A stretch of 64,000 nt of DNA, from contig DFZO01000029.1 of the NCBI GenBank assembly GCA_002383495.1, positions 1,039 through 65,038 on the forward strand. The letters run 5' to 3'. The DNA is from Syntrophaceae bacterium UBA4054 (GTDB taxonomy: Bacteria; Desulfobacterota; Syntrophia; Syntrophales; UBA4778). Position 1 is the first letter of the stretch. Every line of letters begins with the position of its first letter. This document shows, in pieces, positions 23,133-32,296 of this stretch. The position numbers and the translations under genes are program-made. Under the pieces are notes generated by a model. That model saw only the letters and a program-made list of their open reading frames with translations. It made no database searches and was not told the origin of the DNA.

Positions 23133-23187
23133 AGGTGAAAGACGAAAGACACAAAAGCCCTTTGCCATGCGCCCTTTGCCTTTTGCC
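23108..23187. repeat. long heptamer array with inverted arms, (CTAAAGG)x3 ... (GCCCTTT / GCCTTTT)
   Basis: About 11 consecutive 7-nt units hold phase across both arms, between convergent genes. TAA recurs every 7 nt on the plus strand, so stops fall in all three frames. The stop of the FAD protein is the third TAA. Confidence 0.7.
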
Positions 23188-23189
23188 TC

Positions 23190-24281
23190 TCATTCAAATC
23201 GTCCATCAATGATCAGGTCATCTCCTTTTTGGGAAACCTTCCAATGTGATAATTTTAAAGCCTTATCGATTTTCATGATGCGGAGATCACCCACGGCCTC
23301 GATGCCCTTTCCGATGATCTTCGGCGCAATAACAACGAGCATACGGTTGGCCAGTTTTTCCCGCAGGAAGGAGGTGATGATCGATGAACCTCCCTCCACC
23401 AGAACAGATGAAATGCTCCTTTTGCCCAACTCATCCAGGAGCCGGCGAAGGTTGACCCCGCCTTTCAAATTTCTGCCGATCGTCAGGATTTCAATGCCCA
23501 TTTTTTCAATGCGGAGTCTTTTTTTCAGGCTTCCGCGGGTCGTGGTGGCGATCAGGGTCTTTGCCATGTCCTGGTTTCTGAGAACCGCTGCGTTCAGCGG
23601 AATTTTCAGGGCGGAGTCCAGAATGATCCGGATTGGATTTCGCCCCCGGACAAGCCGCACCGTCAACTGGGGGTCGTCCTTCAGCACGGTTCCCAGACCA
23701 ACGAGGACGGCATCGTGTAGCGCACGCTCTTTGTGCGCGAGCCGGAGAGAGGGCTGTGAGCTGATCCATTGCGAATGTCCGGTTGTTGTGGCGATCCTTC
23801 CGTCGATGCTCTGAGCGAATTTCAGGGTGACGAAGGGCCTTTTCGTCTGGATGAAATGAAAAAATTTTTCGTTGAGGGCCCGGCAGTTTTCTTCCAGGAT
23901 GCCGATTTCTGTCTTGATCCCGTTCTCTTTGAGGATTTTTATTCCTTTGCCGGAAACCAGCGGGTTGGGGTCTTCCGTTCCGATGACCACTCTCGACGGA
24001 CGGGTTTCTATGATCCGCTTGACACAGGGAGGTGTCTTTCCGTAATGCGTACAGGGTTCCAGGGTGACGTAGAAGGTCGCGCCTTTCAATGGTTCCCCGG
24101 CCTCTTTGATGGCATTGATCTCAGCGTGGTTTCCCCCGAATCTCTCGTGAAATCCCTTGCCGATGATCCTGTTGTTCCTGACGATGAGAGCGCCCACCAT
24201 GGGGTTGGGACTCACCCGGCCCGCTCCCTTCCTGGCAAGGTGAAGGGCTCTCTGCATGTAATATTCGTCGAGTCTCTCCAT
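23190..24281 (-). CDS. ribD: bifunctional riboflavin biosynthesis deaminase/reductase
   Basis: 363 aa. CMP/dCMP deaminase zinc motifs (HAEINAI, LEPCTHYGKTPPC) and a C-terminal RibD reductase domain. Confidence 0.93.
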   Translation of the reverse strand: MERLDEYYMQRALHLARKGAGRVSPNPMVGALIVRNNRIIGKGFHERFGGNHAEINAIKEAGEPLKGATFYVTLEPCTHYGKTPPCVKRIIETRPSRVVIGTEDPNPLVSGKGIKILKENGIKTEIGILEENCRALNEKFFHFIQTKRPFVTLKFAQSIDGRIATTTGHSQWISSQPSLRLAHKERALHDAVLVGLGTVLKDDPQLTVRLVRGRNPIRIILDSALKIPLNAAVLRNQDMAKTLIATTTRGSLKKRLRIEKMGIEILTIGRNLKGGVNLRRLLDELGKRSISSVLVEGGSSIITSFLREKLANRMLVVIAPKIIGKGIEAVGDLRIMKIDKALKLSHWKVSQKGDDLIIDGRFE

Positions 24282-24503
24282 CTGTTGAACATCCCAACGT
24301 CTTAGACACGGTTATATATGTCCTTGCTGTTTTTCACATAGCATACTTTGCGAGAGTTAGACAATATTTTTGCCCTCTTCCGTGACGGGATGAAGGCCTG
24401 TAATCGCCAGGTTTTTATTGTTCATGTAGGTAAAAATATGATATAGGGCTTCCCATTCCACCATGTTTGATTTTTTATTCATTGCAGCGGGAAAGGAGAG
24501 GGC

Positions 24504-25232
24504 ATGAAAGGGGTTGTATTGGCGGGAGGTCTCGGAACCCGGATGTATCCATTGACGAAGGTCACGAACAAGCACCTGCTTCCCGTCTACAGGGAACCCA
24601 TGATCTATTATCCCATCAAGATGTTGGTGAACGCAGGCATCGATGAGATCCTGATCGTGACAGGCGGAAACAATGCCGGGGATTTTCTGCGGCTTCTCGG
24701 AAACGGAAAGGATTTTGGCCTGAAACACTTGAATTATACTTATCAGGAAGGTGAGGGCGGGATCGCGGCCGCTCTCAGCCTTGCCGAGCATTTCGCGGAC
24801 AGGGACAAGATCGTGGTTGTTCTCGGCGACAACGTCATCGAGAAAAATATCCGAGAGGCTGTGAAATCTTACCGGAGGCAGGAAGAGGGGGCCAAGATCA
24901 TGCTCAAGGAAGTCCCCGACCCCCAGCGCTTCGGCGTTCCCGCTTTCGAAGACGGGAAAATCATCCGCGTTGACGAAAAACCCTTAAAGCCGGCCTCCTC
25001 ATACGCTGTTATCGGAATCTACATGTATGACCCGAAGGTCTTTGATTTCATAAGAACGCTGAAGCCTTCGGAGAGAGGGGAATTGGAGATAACAGACGTG
25101 AACAACTTTTACATCAGGGAAGGGAAGATCACCTGGGATGTTCTGGATGGCTGGTGGTCTGATGCCGGAACCTTCGAGTCTCTTCAGTATGCGGGGAACA
25201 TGGTGGCGAAGACGGGGGCAAATAAAACATAG
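24504..25232 (+). CDS. sugar-phosphate nucleotidyltransferase (short RmlA-like glucose-1-phosphate thymidylyltransferase)
   Basis: 242 aa. N-terminal GGLGTRMYPLT signature. Confidence 0.8.
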   Translation: MKGVVLAGGLGTRMYPLTKVTNKHLLPVYREPMIYYPIKMLVNAGIDEILIVTGGNNAGDFLRLLGNGKDFGLKHLNYTYQEGEGGIAAALSLAEHFADRDKIVVVLGDNVIEKNIREAVKSYRRQEEGAKIMLKEVPDPQRFGVPAFEDGKIIRVDEKPLKPASSYAVIGIYMYDPKVFDFIRTLKPSERGELEITDVNNFYIREGKITWDVLDGWWSDAGTFESLQYAGNMVAKTGANKT

Positions 25233-25280
25233 AAGTTAAGAAGATGGGAAGATGGGAAGATGAGAAGTTGAGAAAAAAGA
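25233..25280 (+). repeat. 8-nt periodic array (AAGTTAAG AAGATGGG AAGATGGG AAGATGAG AAGTTGAG AAAAAAGA)
   Basis: Six octamer units start 1 nt after the stop codon and run into the RBS region of the next gene. Confidence 0.65.
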
Positions 25281-25295
25281 GATAGGGGAGCGGGC

Positions 25296-25751
25296 ATGAT
25301 TGAGGGTGTGAAGGTCAAGAAGCTGAAGGTCATTGCTGATGAGCGGGGCAGGCTGATGGAAATCCTGCGAAAGGATGATGAGATATTCCAGTCCTTCGGC
25401 CAGGTTTACATGACCACGGCTTATCCCGGTGTGGTGAAGGGCTGGCATTATCACAAGAAACAGTTTGATAACATGGCCGTTGTGAAAGGCATGATGAAAA
25501 TCGTCCTCTACGATGCCCGAAAGGAATCAAAAACCTTCGGCGAGGTAAACGAGTTTTTTGCCGGTGAGCACAATCCCATCCTGATTCACATTCCCCCCTA
25601 TGTCTATCATGGCTTCAAGTGCGTCTCAGAAGAAGAGGCCGTGGTGGTGAATACACCCACAGCGACCTACCGGTACGATAAGCCTGATGAGTTCAGGGTG
25701 CACCCCCACGAGAACGATATCCCCTACGACTGGAGCAGGAAAGACGGCTGA
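25296..25751 (+). CDS. dTDP-4-dehydrorhamnose 3,5-epimerase-family cupin protein
   Basis: 151 aa. RmlC-like pattern (DERGRLMEI...GWHYHK...YHGF). Confidence 0.7.
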   Translation: MIEGVKVKKLKVIADERGRLMEILRKDDEIFQSFGQVYMTTAYPGVVKGWHYHKKQFDNMAVVKGMMKIVLYDARKESKTFGEVNEFFAGEHNPILIHIPPYVYHGFKCVSEEEAVVVNTPTATYRYDKPDEFRVHPHENDIPYDWSRKDG

Positions 25752-25805
25752 CGAAAGCAAGTGACGAAAATCACAAAATATATTTATTGAAAAAACCCAT
25801 TTTGC

Positions 25806-25834
25806 TTGATTTAAGGAAGACGGGATGATATAAA
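25806..25834 (+). promoter_or_regulatory. candidate sigma-70 promoter of the riboswitch-pilD transcript
   Basis: TTGATT (25806-25811), 17 nt, TATAAA (25829-25834), about 10 nt upstream of the aptamer. Confidence 0.5.
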
Positions 25835-25844
25835 AAGTCATCAA

Positions 25845-25965
25845 GTCGTGGCGAAAGCCTGAGAAGGGCAAACCGCCTGAAAAGGCGGGACGCAAAGTTT
25901 CTGGCCTAAATCCCGGGTTCATGGGACATGGCGGCAGGACTGCCGGGCGAAACATGTCTCCCGCT
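25845..25965 (+). promoter_or_regulatory. c-di-GMP-I (GEMM-I) riboswitch aptamer
   Basis: GGGCAAACC (25866-25874), hairpin CCGCC-TGAAAA-GGCGG, GGACGCAAAG (25888-25897) and GGCCTAAA (25903-25910) match the conserved core of the V. cholerae Vc2 aptamer by eye. A second hairpin follows (GGGACATG...CATGTCTCCC, 25923-25962). Boundaries are approximate. Confidence 0.75.
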
Positions 25966-26086
25966 CAAGTAAAGAAGCGGAGACACCATGCAGTCCCTGC
26001 CTTCCAGCCTCATCAAATTCACCGAACCTTGAAGCTTCCCGGTCAGCTTTGCATCTTCCGGATGGCCCGAACGGCCAGAGGTTGAC

Positions 26087-26851
26087 ATGTTTCTCTTGAA
26101 CGTCTTTATAGGTCTCGTGGGCGCCGCTGTTGGAAGTTTTCTGAATGTCTGCATCTACAGGATTCCCGAAGGCAGATCTCTGATATATCCTGCTTCGTCC
26201 TGCCCGGGCTGCGGCCACCGTATCAGACCCTATGATAATATTCCCGTCCTGAGTTATCTTTTCCTGAGGGGCCGCTGCAGAGATTGCGGGCAGAAGATAT
26301 CCCCCCGGTATGCCGTGGTGGAGGCGCTCACGGCGGCCATGGCCCTCCTCCTTTTCCAGTTTTACGGTTTCTCGCTCCAGTTTGCTGCTGCTTTTATCTT
26401 CGTGGCGGTCCTCATCGTCATAACCTTTATTGATCTGGATCATGGCATCATCCCGGACATCATCACGCTGCCCGGAATTCCTGTCTTCACTATGCTGGCC
26501 GTGGCCGTCATGGGCGTTTCGTTTCTAGATTCCATCATCGGCACAATTGCGGGAGGCGCCATTTTTTATCTCGTTGCCGTGGTGTACGAACTGGTGACAA
26601 AGAGAGAGGGAATGGGCGGGGGAGACATCAAGCTACTTGCCATGCTTGGAGCCTTTTTCGGCTGGAAATCCATTTACTTCATTCTTCTGATCAGTTCTTT
26701 GCTCGGGGCTGTTGTCGGCGTTTCCATCATGGTCGCCAGGGGAAAGGACACGAAATACGCGGTGCCCTTCGGCCCTTTTCTGTCCATCGCGGCGGCGGCC
26801 TATATATTCTTCGGGCCGGAACTGTGGAGGCGCTTGTTTCTTGGCTATTGA
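26087..26851 (+). CDS. pilD: prepilin peptidase / N-methyltransferase (A24 family)
   Basis: 254 aa. Two CxxC pairs (CPGCGHRI...CRDCGQKI) and catalytic Asp context (GMGGGDIKLLAMLG). Confidence 0.92.
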   Translation: MFLLNVFIGLVGAAVGSFLNVCIYRIPEGRSLIYPASSCPGCGHRIRPYDNIPVLSYLFLRGRCRDCGQKISPRYAVVEALTAAMALLLFQFYGFSLQFAAAFIFVAVLIVITFIDLDHGIIPDIITLPGIPVFTMLAVAVMGVSFLDSIIGTIAGGAIFYLVAVVYELVTKREGMGGGDIKLLAMLGAFFGWKSIYFILLISSLLGAVVGVSIMVARGKDTKYAVPFGPFLSIAAAAYIFFGPELWRRLFLGY

Positions 26852-26875
26852 AATGATTTGTGGTATAAAAAAACT

Positions 26876-27298
26876 ATGAAAGCGCGAGAGAAAGGTTTTA
26901 CGCTGATCGAATTGCTCACGGTCGTCGTGATCATGGCGGTCCTGCTCATGCTTGCCCTGCCGAGGATGCAGAATTACATGACTCTGATGAGACTCAACGG
27001 GGCGGCGAGGGAGGTCTTGACGGACCTCACAGCCGCCAGAATGAAGGCCGTGAACCTGAATCAAACGATCACGGTGACATTTTACAACAGCCATCAATAC
27101 AAGCAGGTTGACTCCAAGGGGACGACGCTGCAGGACAGGGATATTCTAAACGATTATAGGGACGTCACGTTATCATCAACGGGGGATCCCCAGTTTCATG
27201 CCAGGGGAACCGCCGTAGGAACGACGGTAACCGTGACCAATCCCGCGGGGTCCAAGAGCGTCACCGTCGCCTCAACAGGCAGGGTGAAAATAAATTGA
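26876..27298 (+). CDS. GspH/FimT-family minor (pseudo)pilin
   Basis: Prepilin motif MKAREKG/FTLIELLTVVVIMAVL. The NGAAREVLTDLTAARMKAV segment is typical of the FimT/GspH family. ATG 26858 is an alternative start. Confidence 0.8.
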   Translation: MKAREKGFTLIELLTVVVIMAVLLMLALPRMQNYMTLMRLNGAAREVLTDLTAARMKAVNLNQTITVTFYNSHQYKQVDSKGTTLQDRDILNDYRDVTLSSTGDPQFHARGTAVGTTVTVTNPAGSKSVTVASTGRVKIN

Positions 27299-27299
27299 T

Positions 27300-27737
27300 A
27301 TGAAAAAAATGTGGATCTGCCGAAAAGAAAGCAAGGCCGAAGGAAAGCCGAGCGGTGTGACCGTCCGTGACGGGCGGGGATTTACGCTCATTGAGGTCAT
27401 GGTCGCTGTTGCCCTCCTTGTCATCGGGATCCTGGGTCTCATAGCGACGGCCTCGAGCGTGATTCAGGGGAATGCCATCAGCAGGCAGATGACCACGGCG
27501 GCAACGCTGGCCGAGGAGCGGATGGAGATCCTGAAAAGACAGAGTTACACGGCTGCAGATCTGACCGCCGGAAGTCACAGCGATCCGGGCAATCCTTTAA
27601 GTTCCATCTATACGAGGACATGGACGGTGACCGACAACACCCCTGCCGCCGACATGAAGACCGTGCAGGTCACCGTTTCATGGACGCGAAAAGGTTCGGC
27701 CCACAACGTGAATTTGAATACGATCATAGCGAAGTAG
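27300..27737 (+). CDS. PilV-like minor pilin
   Basis: G/FTLIEVMVAVALLVIGILGL motif. C-terminal pattern MKTVQVTVSW. A 26-aa leader results if ATG 27300 is used; an in-frame GTG at 27357 would give an 8-aa leader. Confidence 0.75.
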   Translation: MKKMWICRKESKAEGKPSGVTVRDGRGFTLIEVMVAVALLVIGILGLIATASSVIQGNAISRQMTTAATLAEERMEILKRQSYTAADLTAGSHSDPGNPLSSIYTRTWTVTDNTPAADMKTVQVTVSWTRKGSAHNVNLNTIIAK

Positions 27738-27743
27738 GGAAAG

Positions 27744-28337
27744 ATGGTTTCCGTGCTGAAGACAACGAAAAGGAACGTTCTTTCTGGGCGATGCCTGGGA
27801 TTCACGCTCGTGGAATTGATGGTTGCCATGACAGTCGGTCTCATCGTCCTCGCCGCGATTTACAATATCTTCATTGTCCAGAACAAGAGTTTCGATGTGG
27901 AGGAACAGATCTCTGAGATGCAGCAGAACGCCCGCGCGGCCATGGATATCATGACGAGGGAGATCCGGATGGCGGGCTATGATCCGAACACCAACGCGAC
28001 GGCCAAAGTCATAACGGCCACGGCGAGCACCCTCTCCTTCAGCGTGGACGTTCCAAGTGATAATACCACGATCACCTATGCCTTTGATTCGGGACTGAAA
28101 AAAATCACGCGGACAGAAGGCGGCGGGGGCGCTCAACCCCTTGCCGAGAACATTCAGTCGCTCAGTTTCACCTATTACGACACGAACGGTAATATCACCG
28201 CTGTTGCGGCGGATATTCGTCAGATCAAGATCGACATTACGGCGAGGACGTCCAAGGCTGACGGCAAGTATTCGGCCAACGGAGGATATCGGACATACCA
28301 GCTCACGTCCAATGTCCAGCCGCGAAATCTTTCCTGA
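27744..28337 (+). CDS. PilW-like minor pilin
   Basis: G/FTLVELMVAMTVGLIVL motif followed by MQQNARAAMDIMTREIRMAG, typical of PilW/GspJ-like proteins. 19-aa leader. Confidence 0.75.
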   Translation: MVSVLKTTKRNVLSGRCLGFTLVELMVAMTVGLIVLAAIYNIFIVQNKSFDVEEQISEMQQNARAAMDIMTREIRMAGYDPNTNATAKVITATASTLSFSVDVPSDNTTITYAFDSGLKKITRTEGGGGAQPLAENIQSLSFTYYDTNGNITAVAADIRQIKIDITARTSKADGKYSANGGYRTYQLTSNVQPRNLS

Positions 28338-28491
28338 TGTGACGTCTGTCCGCCTCATGCAGCGATTTGGAAGGGGAGCCGTTTCCCCGCTTCAAAATTT
28401 CTTGACATCAAAATTAGATGCAGATACGTTAAACTCCGTTTAAAAGGATGCGGCGTTTCTCCCGATTTTCCAGATCGGGTACCATCGGAAG

Positions 28492-28515
28492 GTTGGCTCC
28501 AGGGCCAACTTTTTT
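28492..28515 (+). terminator. rho-independent terminator/attenuator between the pilin operon and argS
   Basis: Stem GTTGGC / GCCAAC with loop TCCAGG, then TTTTTT. It lies 25 nt upstream of the argS GTG and downstream of a TTGACA-17-TACGTT promoter-like site (28402-28430). Confidence 0.55.
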
Positions 28516-28539
28516 ATGTTTATGCGACAGGGATGATCC

Positions 28540-30204
28540 GTGAAAGATAAACTGACAGCGCTTTTGGAGAAGGCCATCACTACAGCTTCGGGCAGGGGTC
28601 TGCTGCAGCTGGAAAAAATTCCGTCCATTGAAGTTGAAACGACCCGGGAGGACGCTTTCGGGGACTATGCCACCAATGCGGCCATGGTTCTCGCCTCATC
28701 GGTCAGGGACAACCCCCGGAAGATCGCGAAAGCCATCGTGGATAGCATGGACGACAGGGAGGGTCTCATCGAGAAGATCGATATCGCCGGACCGGGTTTC
28801 ATCAACTTTTTCATACGCGACAGCGTCTGGAGAGGCCTTCTGGAGGAGATCGAGCGCCTTGGAGATCGCTATGGCGAAACGAATGCGGGTCAGGGGAAAC
28901 GGGTGCAGGTGGAGTTTGTCAGCGCCAATCCCACGGGCCCCCTCCATATCGGTCACGCACGGGGCGCCGTAACGGGCGATGTGATCGCGAACACTCTCAG
29001 GGCCGCCGGATATGCGGTTTCCAGAGAATATTACATCAACGACGTGGGCAATCAGATGAATACCCTGGGAAGATCGGTTTTTCTGCGATACAGGGAACTT
29101 CTGGGTGAAAAAATTGACTTTCCGCCTGAATATTACCAGGGGCAGTACATCAGCGATCTCGCTGCGGAAATTTTGAAGAGCCATGGCGATAAATTTCTGA
29201 CCTTGGATGAGAAGGACGTTCTTGCCTTTTTCACGCCTTTTGCCGCGAATGCCATCATGAAGGGGATCCGGGACGATCTGGGGACTTTCGGAGTCGTTTT
29301 TGACTGTTATTTCAGCGAACGGGATCTGTATCGGGACGAAGGCGTGGCGAAGCTGCTCCAGGAACTTCAGGAGAAGGGATTCATCTACAAGGAGGAGGAA
29401 ACGCTCTGGTTCAGGACGACGGATTTCGGCGATGAAAAGGACAGGGTCGTGGTGCGTGAAAACGGCGAACCAACGTATTTCGCGGCGGACATCGCCTATC
29501 ACCGCAACAAGTATATCCGGGGGTTCGATACCATTATTGATATCTGGGGCGCTGACCACCACGGCTATCTGCCGCGCGTGTATGCGGCCATCCAGGCCCT
29601 TGGCAAGGAAAAGGATACCCTGAAAATCGTCCTCGTGCAGCTCGTGAGCCTTCTGCGCGGCGGGAAGCCGGTGGCCATGTCCACACGCTCCGGCGAATTC
29701 GTGACCCTCCGGGAGGTTGTGGACGAGGTTGGGAAGGACGCGGCCAGGTATAATTTCCTCATGAGACGGTCGGACAGTCAACTGGACTTTGACCTGGAGG
29801 TCGCGAAGAAACAGTCCAACGAAAATCCCGTCTATTATGTCCAGTACGCCCATGCCCGGATATGCAGCATCATGAGAACGGCCGGTGAGAGGGGTTTAAA
29901 CGTTCCCGCCTTTGACAAGGTGGACCTGGGGCTCCTGAAGCTCCCGGAAGAGATTCTCCTGATCAAGCATATTACGAGGTATCCCGAAGTTCTGGAGGGA
30001 AGCGCGGCGGTCCTTGAGCCTCACCGATTCACCTTCTATTTGAATGAGCTTGCAGCCATTTTCCACAGCTATTATAATAAACACCGGGTCATCTCCGAGG
30101 AAGATGAATTGAGCAGGGCAAGGCTTTTCCTGATGAAGTGCATCGGTACGGTTCTGAGGAATGCCTTGAGCATACTGGGCGTATCGGCACCCGAAAAAAT
30201 GTGA
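28540..30204 (+). CDS. argS: arginine--tRNA ligase
   Basis: 554 aa. HIGH motif ([12 protein letters not shown]), Arg-tRNA synthetase N-terminal and DALR anticodon-binding domains. GTG start. Confidence 0.95.
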   Translation: MKDKLTALLEKAITTASGRGLLQLEKIPSIEVETTREDAFGDYATNAAMVLASSVRDNPRKIAKAIVDSMDDREGLIEKIDIAGPGFINFFIRDSVWRGLLEEIERLGDRYGETNAGQGKRVQVEFVSANPTGPLHIGHARGAVTGDVIANTLRAAGYAVSREYYINDVGNQMNTLGRSVFLRYRELLGEKIDFPPEYYQGQYISDLAAEILKSHGDKFLTLDEKDVLAFFTPFAANAIMKGIRDDLGTFGVVFDCYFSERDLYRDEGVAKLLQELQEKGFIYKEEETLWFRTTDFGDEKDRVVVRENGEPTYFAADIAYHRNKYIRGFDTIIDIWGADHHGYLPRVYAAIQALGKEKDTLKIVLVQLVSLLRGGKPVAMSTRSGEFVTLREVVDEVGKDAARYNFLMRRSDSQLDFDLEVAKKQSNENPVYYVQYAHARICSIMRTAGERGLNVPAFDKVDLGLLKLPEEILLIKHITRYPEVLEGSAAVLEPHRFTFYLNELAAIFHSYYNKHRVISEEDELSRARLFLMKCIGTVLRNALSILGVSAPEKM

Positions 30205-30213
30205 TCCCGTCGA

Positions 30214-30843
30214 ATGCAGATTAAGAAATCAAGAGGATTTGAGCTCAGGCTGAGCAAGTTAGGGCTGACCCTGTTTACCCTGGGGGTTTCCTGTCTTCTG
30301 CTGATAGCCTTTGTTCTCGGCGTCATGGTAGGCAAGAACATTGAAACCTATCCCGCTAAGATCACAGGTGCCATTCCCGGCCTTATCAGGGAGAAAATCG
30401 CCCAGGCACCTCTTGATCCAGGCGTCGCGGCGGCACCGGGCGACATCCGGGAAACCCGGAAAGAGGATATGAAACTCACCTTTTACGATACCCTTACCGG
30501 TAAGAAAACTGGCGAAACAAAAGGCGAGATTCCCCCGCCGGGTATACAGGAGGAAAAATCTCCCGTGAAAGAAAAACCTGTCGTTCAGGACAAACCACCG
30601 GCAAAGGAAAGATTTATGGTTCGCGTGGCTTCCCTCAAGGATGAGAAGAAAGCGCAGGAGCTGCAGAAAAAGCTCTCCGGGATGGGGTACCAGTCCATGC
30701 TGGACACGAGAGAAGTAGGCAACAAAGGGACCTTTTACAGGATCAGTCTTCGCGGATTCGAGACAAAGGATGAGGCCGCGAAGGCTGCCGACCTCGTACA
30801 GAAGAAAACAAGGCTGAAGTGCCTGGTCATTCATGCGAAATAA
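30214..30843 (+). CDS. SPOR domain-containing membrane protein
   Basis: N-terminal TM helix, Pro/Lys-rich linker, C-terminal SPOR fold (FMVRVASLKDEKKAQELQKKLSGMGY...FYRISLRGFETKDEAAKAA). Confidence 0.8.
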   Translation: MQIKKSRGFELRLSKLGLTLFTLGVSCLLLIAFVLGVMVGKNIETYPAKITGAIPGLIREKIAQAPLDPGVAAAPGDIRETRKEDMKLTFYDTLTGKKTGETKGEIPPPGIQEEKSPVKEKPVVQDKPPAKERFMVRVASLKDEKKAQELQKKLSGMGYQSMLDTREVGNKGTFYRISLRGFETKDEAAKAADLVQKKTRLKCLVIHAK

Positions 30844-30893
30844 ATAATAGCAAGCGGTAAAGCGGACAGTCGATCACCGAGGGCTTGTTTGTC

Positions 30894-32225
30894 ATGTTTG
30901 AAAGTCTCACGGAAAAATTAGACCCCATTTTCAGGAAGCTCAAGGGAAGGGGCAGGCTGGACGAAGAAAACGTCCGGCAGGCCATGAAGGATATCCGGAT
31001 GGCCCTTCTGGAGGCCGATGTCAACTTCAAGGTGGTCAAGGACTTCACGGAGGATGTGAGATCAAGGGCCGTGGGGCAGGAGGTTTTTGAAAGCATCACA
31101 CCGGGCCAGCAGATCGTCAAGATTGTCCATGACCGGCTTGTGGAGCTCATGGGGGGCGGCAGCAGCCATCTGAGACTGGCAAACCGCTTTCCGGCGCCGA
31201 TCATGCTCGTGGGCCTTCAGGGATGCGGGAAAACCACGACAGCGGCGAAACTGGCTCATCACCTCAGTGAGAAGGGAAGGCGGGTCTCCCTCGTATCCGC
31301 CGATATCTACCGCCCGGCCGCCATCGAACAATTGAAGATACTGGCAAAGGAGCTGGGAGCGGGTTTCTTTGAGCCCCGCGACCTGGGCGATGCCGTTAGA
31401 ATCTGTGTCGAGGCCATAGGAGAGGCCCATGCGAAAGGCTATGATACGGTGATCATTGATACGGCTGGACGCCTTCACATTGACAGCGAGATGATGGAGG
31501 AACTCAAGAGGATCCAGAATGCCGTGAATCCGTCGGAGATTCTTCTGGTGGCCGATGCCATGTCGGGGCAGGATGCCGTTTCCGTCGCTGAAAGATTCAA
31601 TGAACTTCTAGGTATTGACGGAGTCATCCTCACGAAAATGGACGGTGATGCCAGGGGCGGTGCCGCCCTCTCCGTAAAGGCCGTCACGGGGAAGCCCATT
31701 AAGTTCGTCGGTATGGGCGAAAAAGTGGACGCCATCGAAGTCTTCCACCCCGAGCGGATGGCCTCCAGGATTCTGGGGATGGGCGACATTCTCACGCTCG
31801 TGGAGAAGGCGCAATTCGCCGTCGATGAGAAGGAAGCGAGGGAACTGGAGAAGAAAATCCGCCAGGACTCCTTCAGCCTGGAAGACTTCAGAAATCAGTT
31901 GACGCAGATCAAAAAGATGGGCTCTCTCAAAGACATGCTGGGCATGATCCCGGGGCTCGGAAAGATGAAGGCCCTTAAAAATGTGGAACCCGATGAGAAG
32001 GAACTGGTGAGGACGGCGGCCATCATTGACTCCATGACCCGGAAAGAACGCTTGAATTACCAGATCATAGATGGGCAGCGGAGAAAAAGAATCGCACTGG
32101 GAAGCGGGACGACCGTTCAGGATGTGAACCGGTTGCTTAAGAATTACGCTGAGATGCGAAAGATCATGAAGAAGATGACGAAGGGCGGCATGAAATCTTT
32201 GCGGAAAGGCAATTTCCCCTTTTAA
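30894..32225 (+). CDS. ffh: signal recognition particle protein
   Basis: MFESLTEKL N-terminus, GTPase motifs GLQGCGKTTT / DTAGR / TKMDGD, Met-rich M domain. ATG 30894 preferred over the track TTG 30885. Confidence 0.95.
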   Translation: MFESLTEKLDPIFRKLKGRGRLDEENVRQAMKDIRMALLEADVNFKVVKDFTEDVRSRAVGQEVFESITPGQQIVKIVHDRLVELMGGGSSHLRLANRFPAPIMLVGLQGCGKTTTAAKLAHHLSEKGRRVSLVSADIYRPAAIEQLKILAKELGAGFFEPRDLGDAVRICVEAIGEAHAKGYDTVIIDTAGRLHIDSEMMEELKRIQNAVNPSEILLVADAMSGQDAVSVAERFNELLGIDGVILTKMDGDARGGAALSVKAVTGKPIKFVGMGEKVDAIEVFHPERMASRILGMGDILTLVEKAQFAVDEKEARELEKKIRQDSFSLEDFRNQLTQIKKMGSLKDMLGMIPGLGKMKALKNVEPDEKELVRTAAIIDSMTRKERLNYQIIDGQRRKRIALGSGTTVQDVNRLLKNYAEMRKIMKKMTKGGMKSLRKGNFPF

Positions 32226-32296
32226 TAGAATTAAAGATATGTTAACCTACATACTTACACTTTAGGAAAATCAAACAGGAGGTGGCAACACTAGGG

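Noticed and set aside
23108-23187. Whether the tandem short repeats here and at the other arrays could be CRISPR arrays.
   Set aside because: The units are only 7-8 nt with no unique spacers, and the arrays are under 90 nt. No cas genes or leader are present.
24282-24503. Looked for an FMN (RFN) riboswitch upstream of ribD on the minus strand.
   Set aside because: None of the conserved RFN blocks are visible. The region is AT-rich promoter-like sequence shared with the divergent rmlA-like gene.
26063-26081. Hairpin TGGCC-CGAAC-GGCCA next to the pilD Shine-Dalgarno sequence, considered as the riboswitch expression platform.
   Set aside because: It abuts but does not sequester the GAGG RBS, and I could not find a convincing alternative pairing with the aptamer 3' strand. 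The platform is left unresolved.
25626-26443. Minus-strand ORFs across the rmlC-pilD gap (25626-25955, 25906-26154, 25919-26443).
   Set aside because: They overlap the riboswitch-like element and the well-supported pilD gene. The translations are low complexity.
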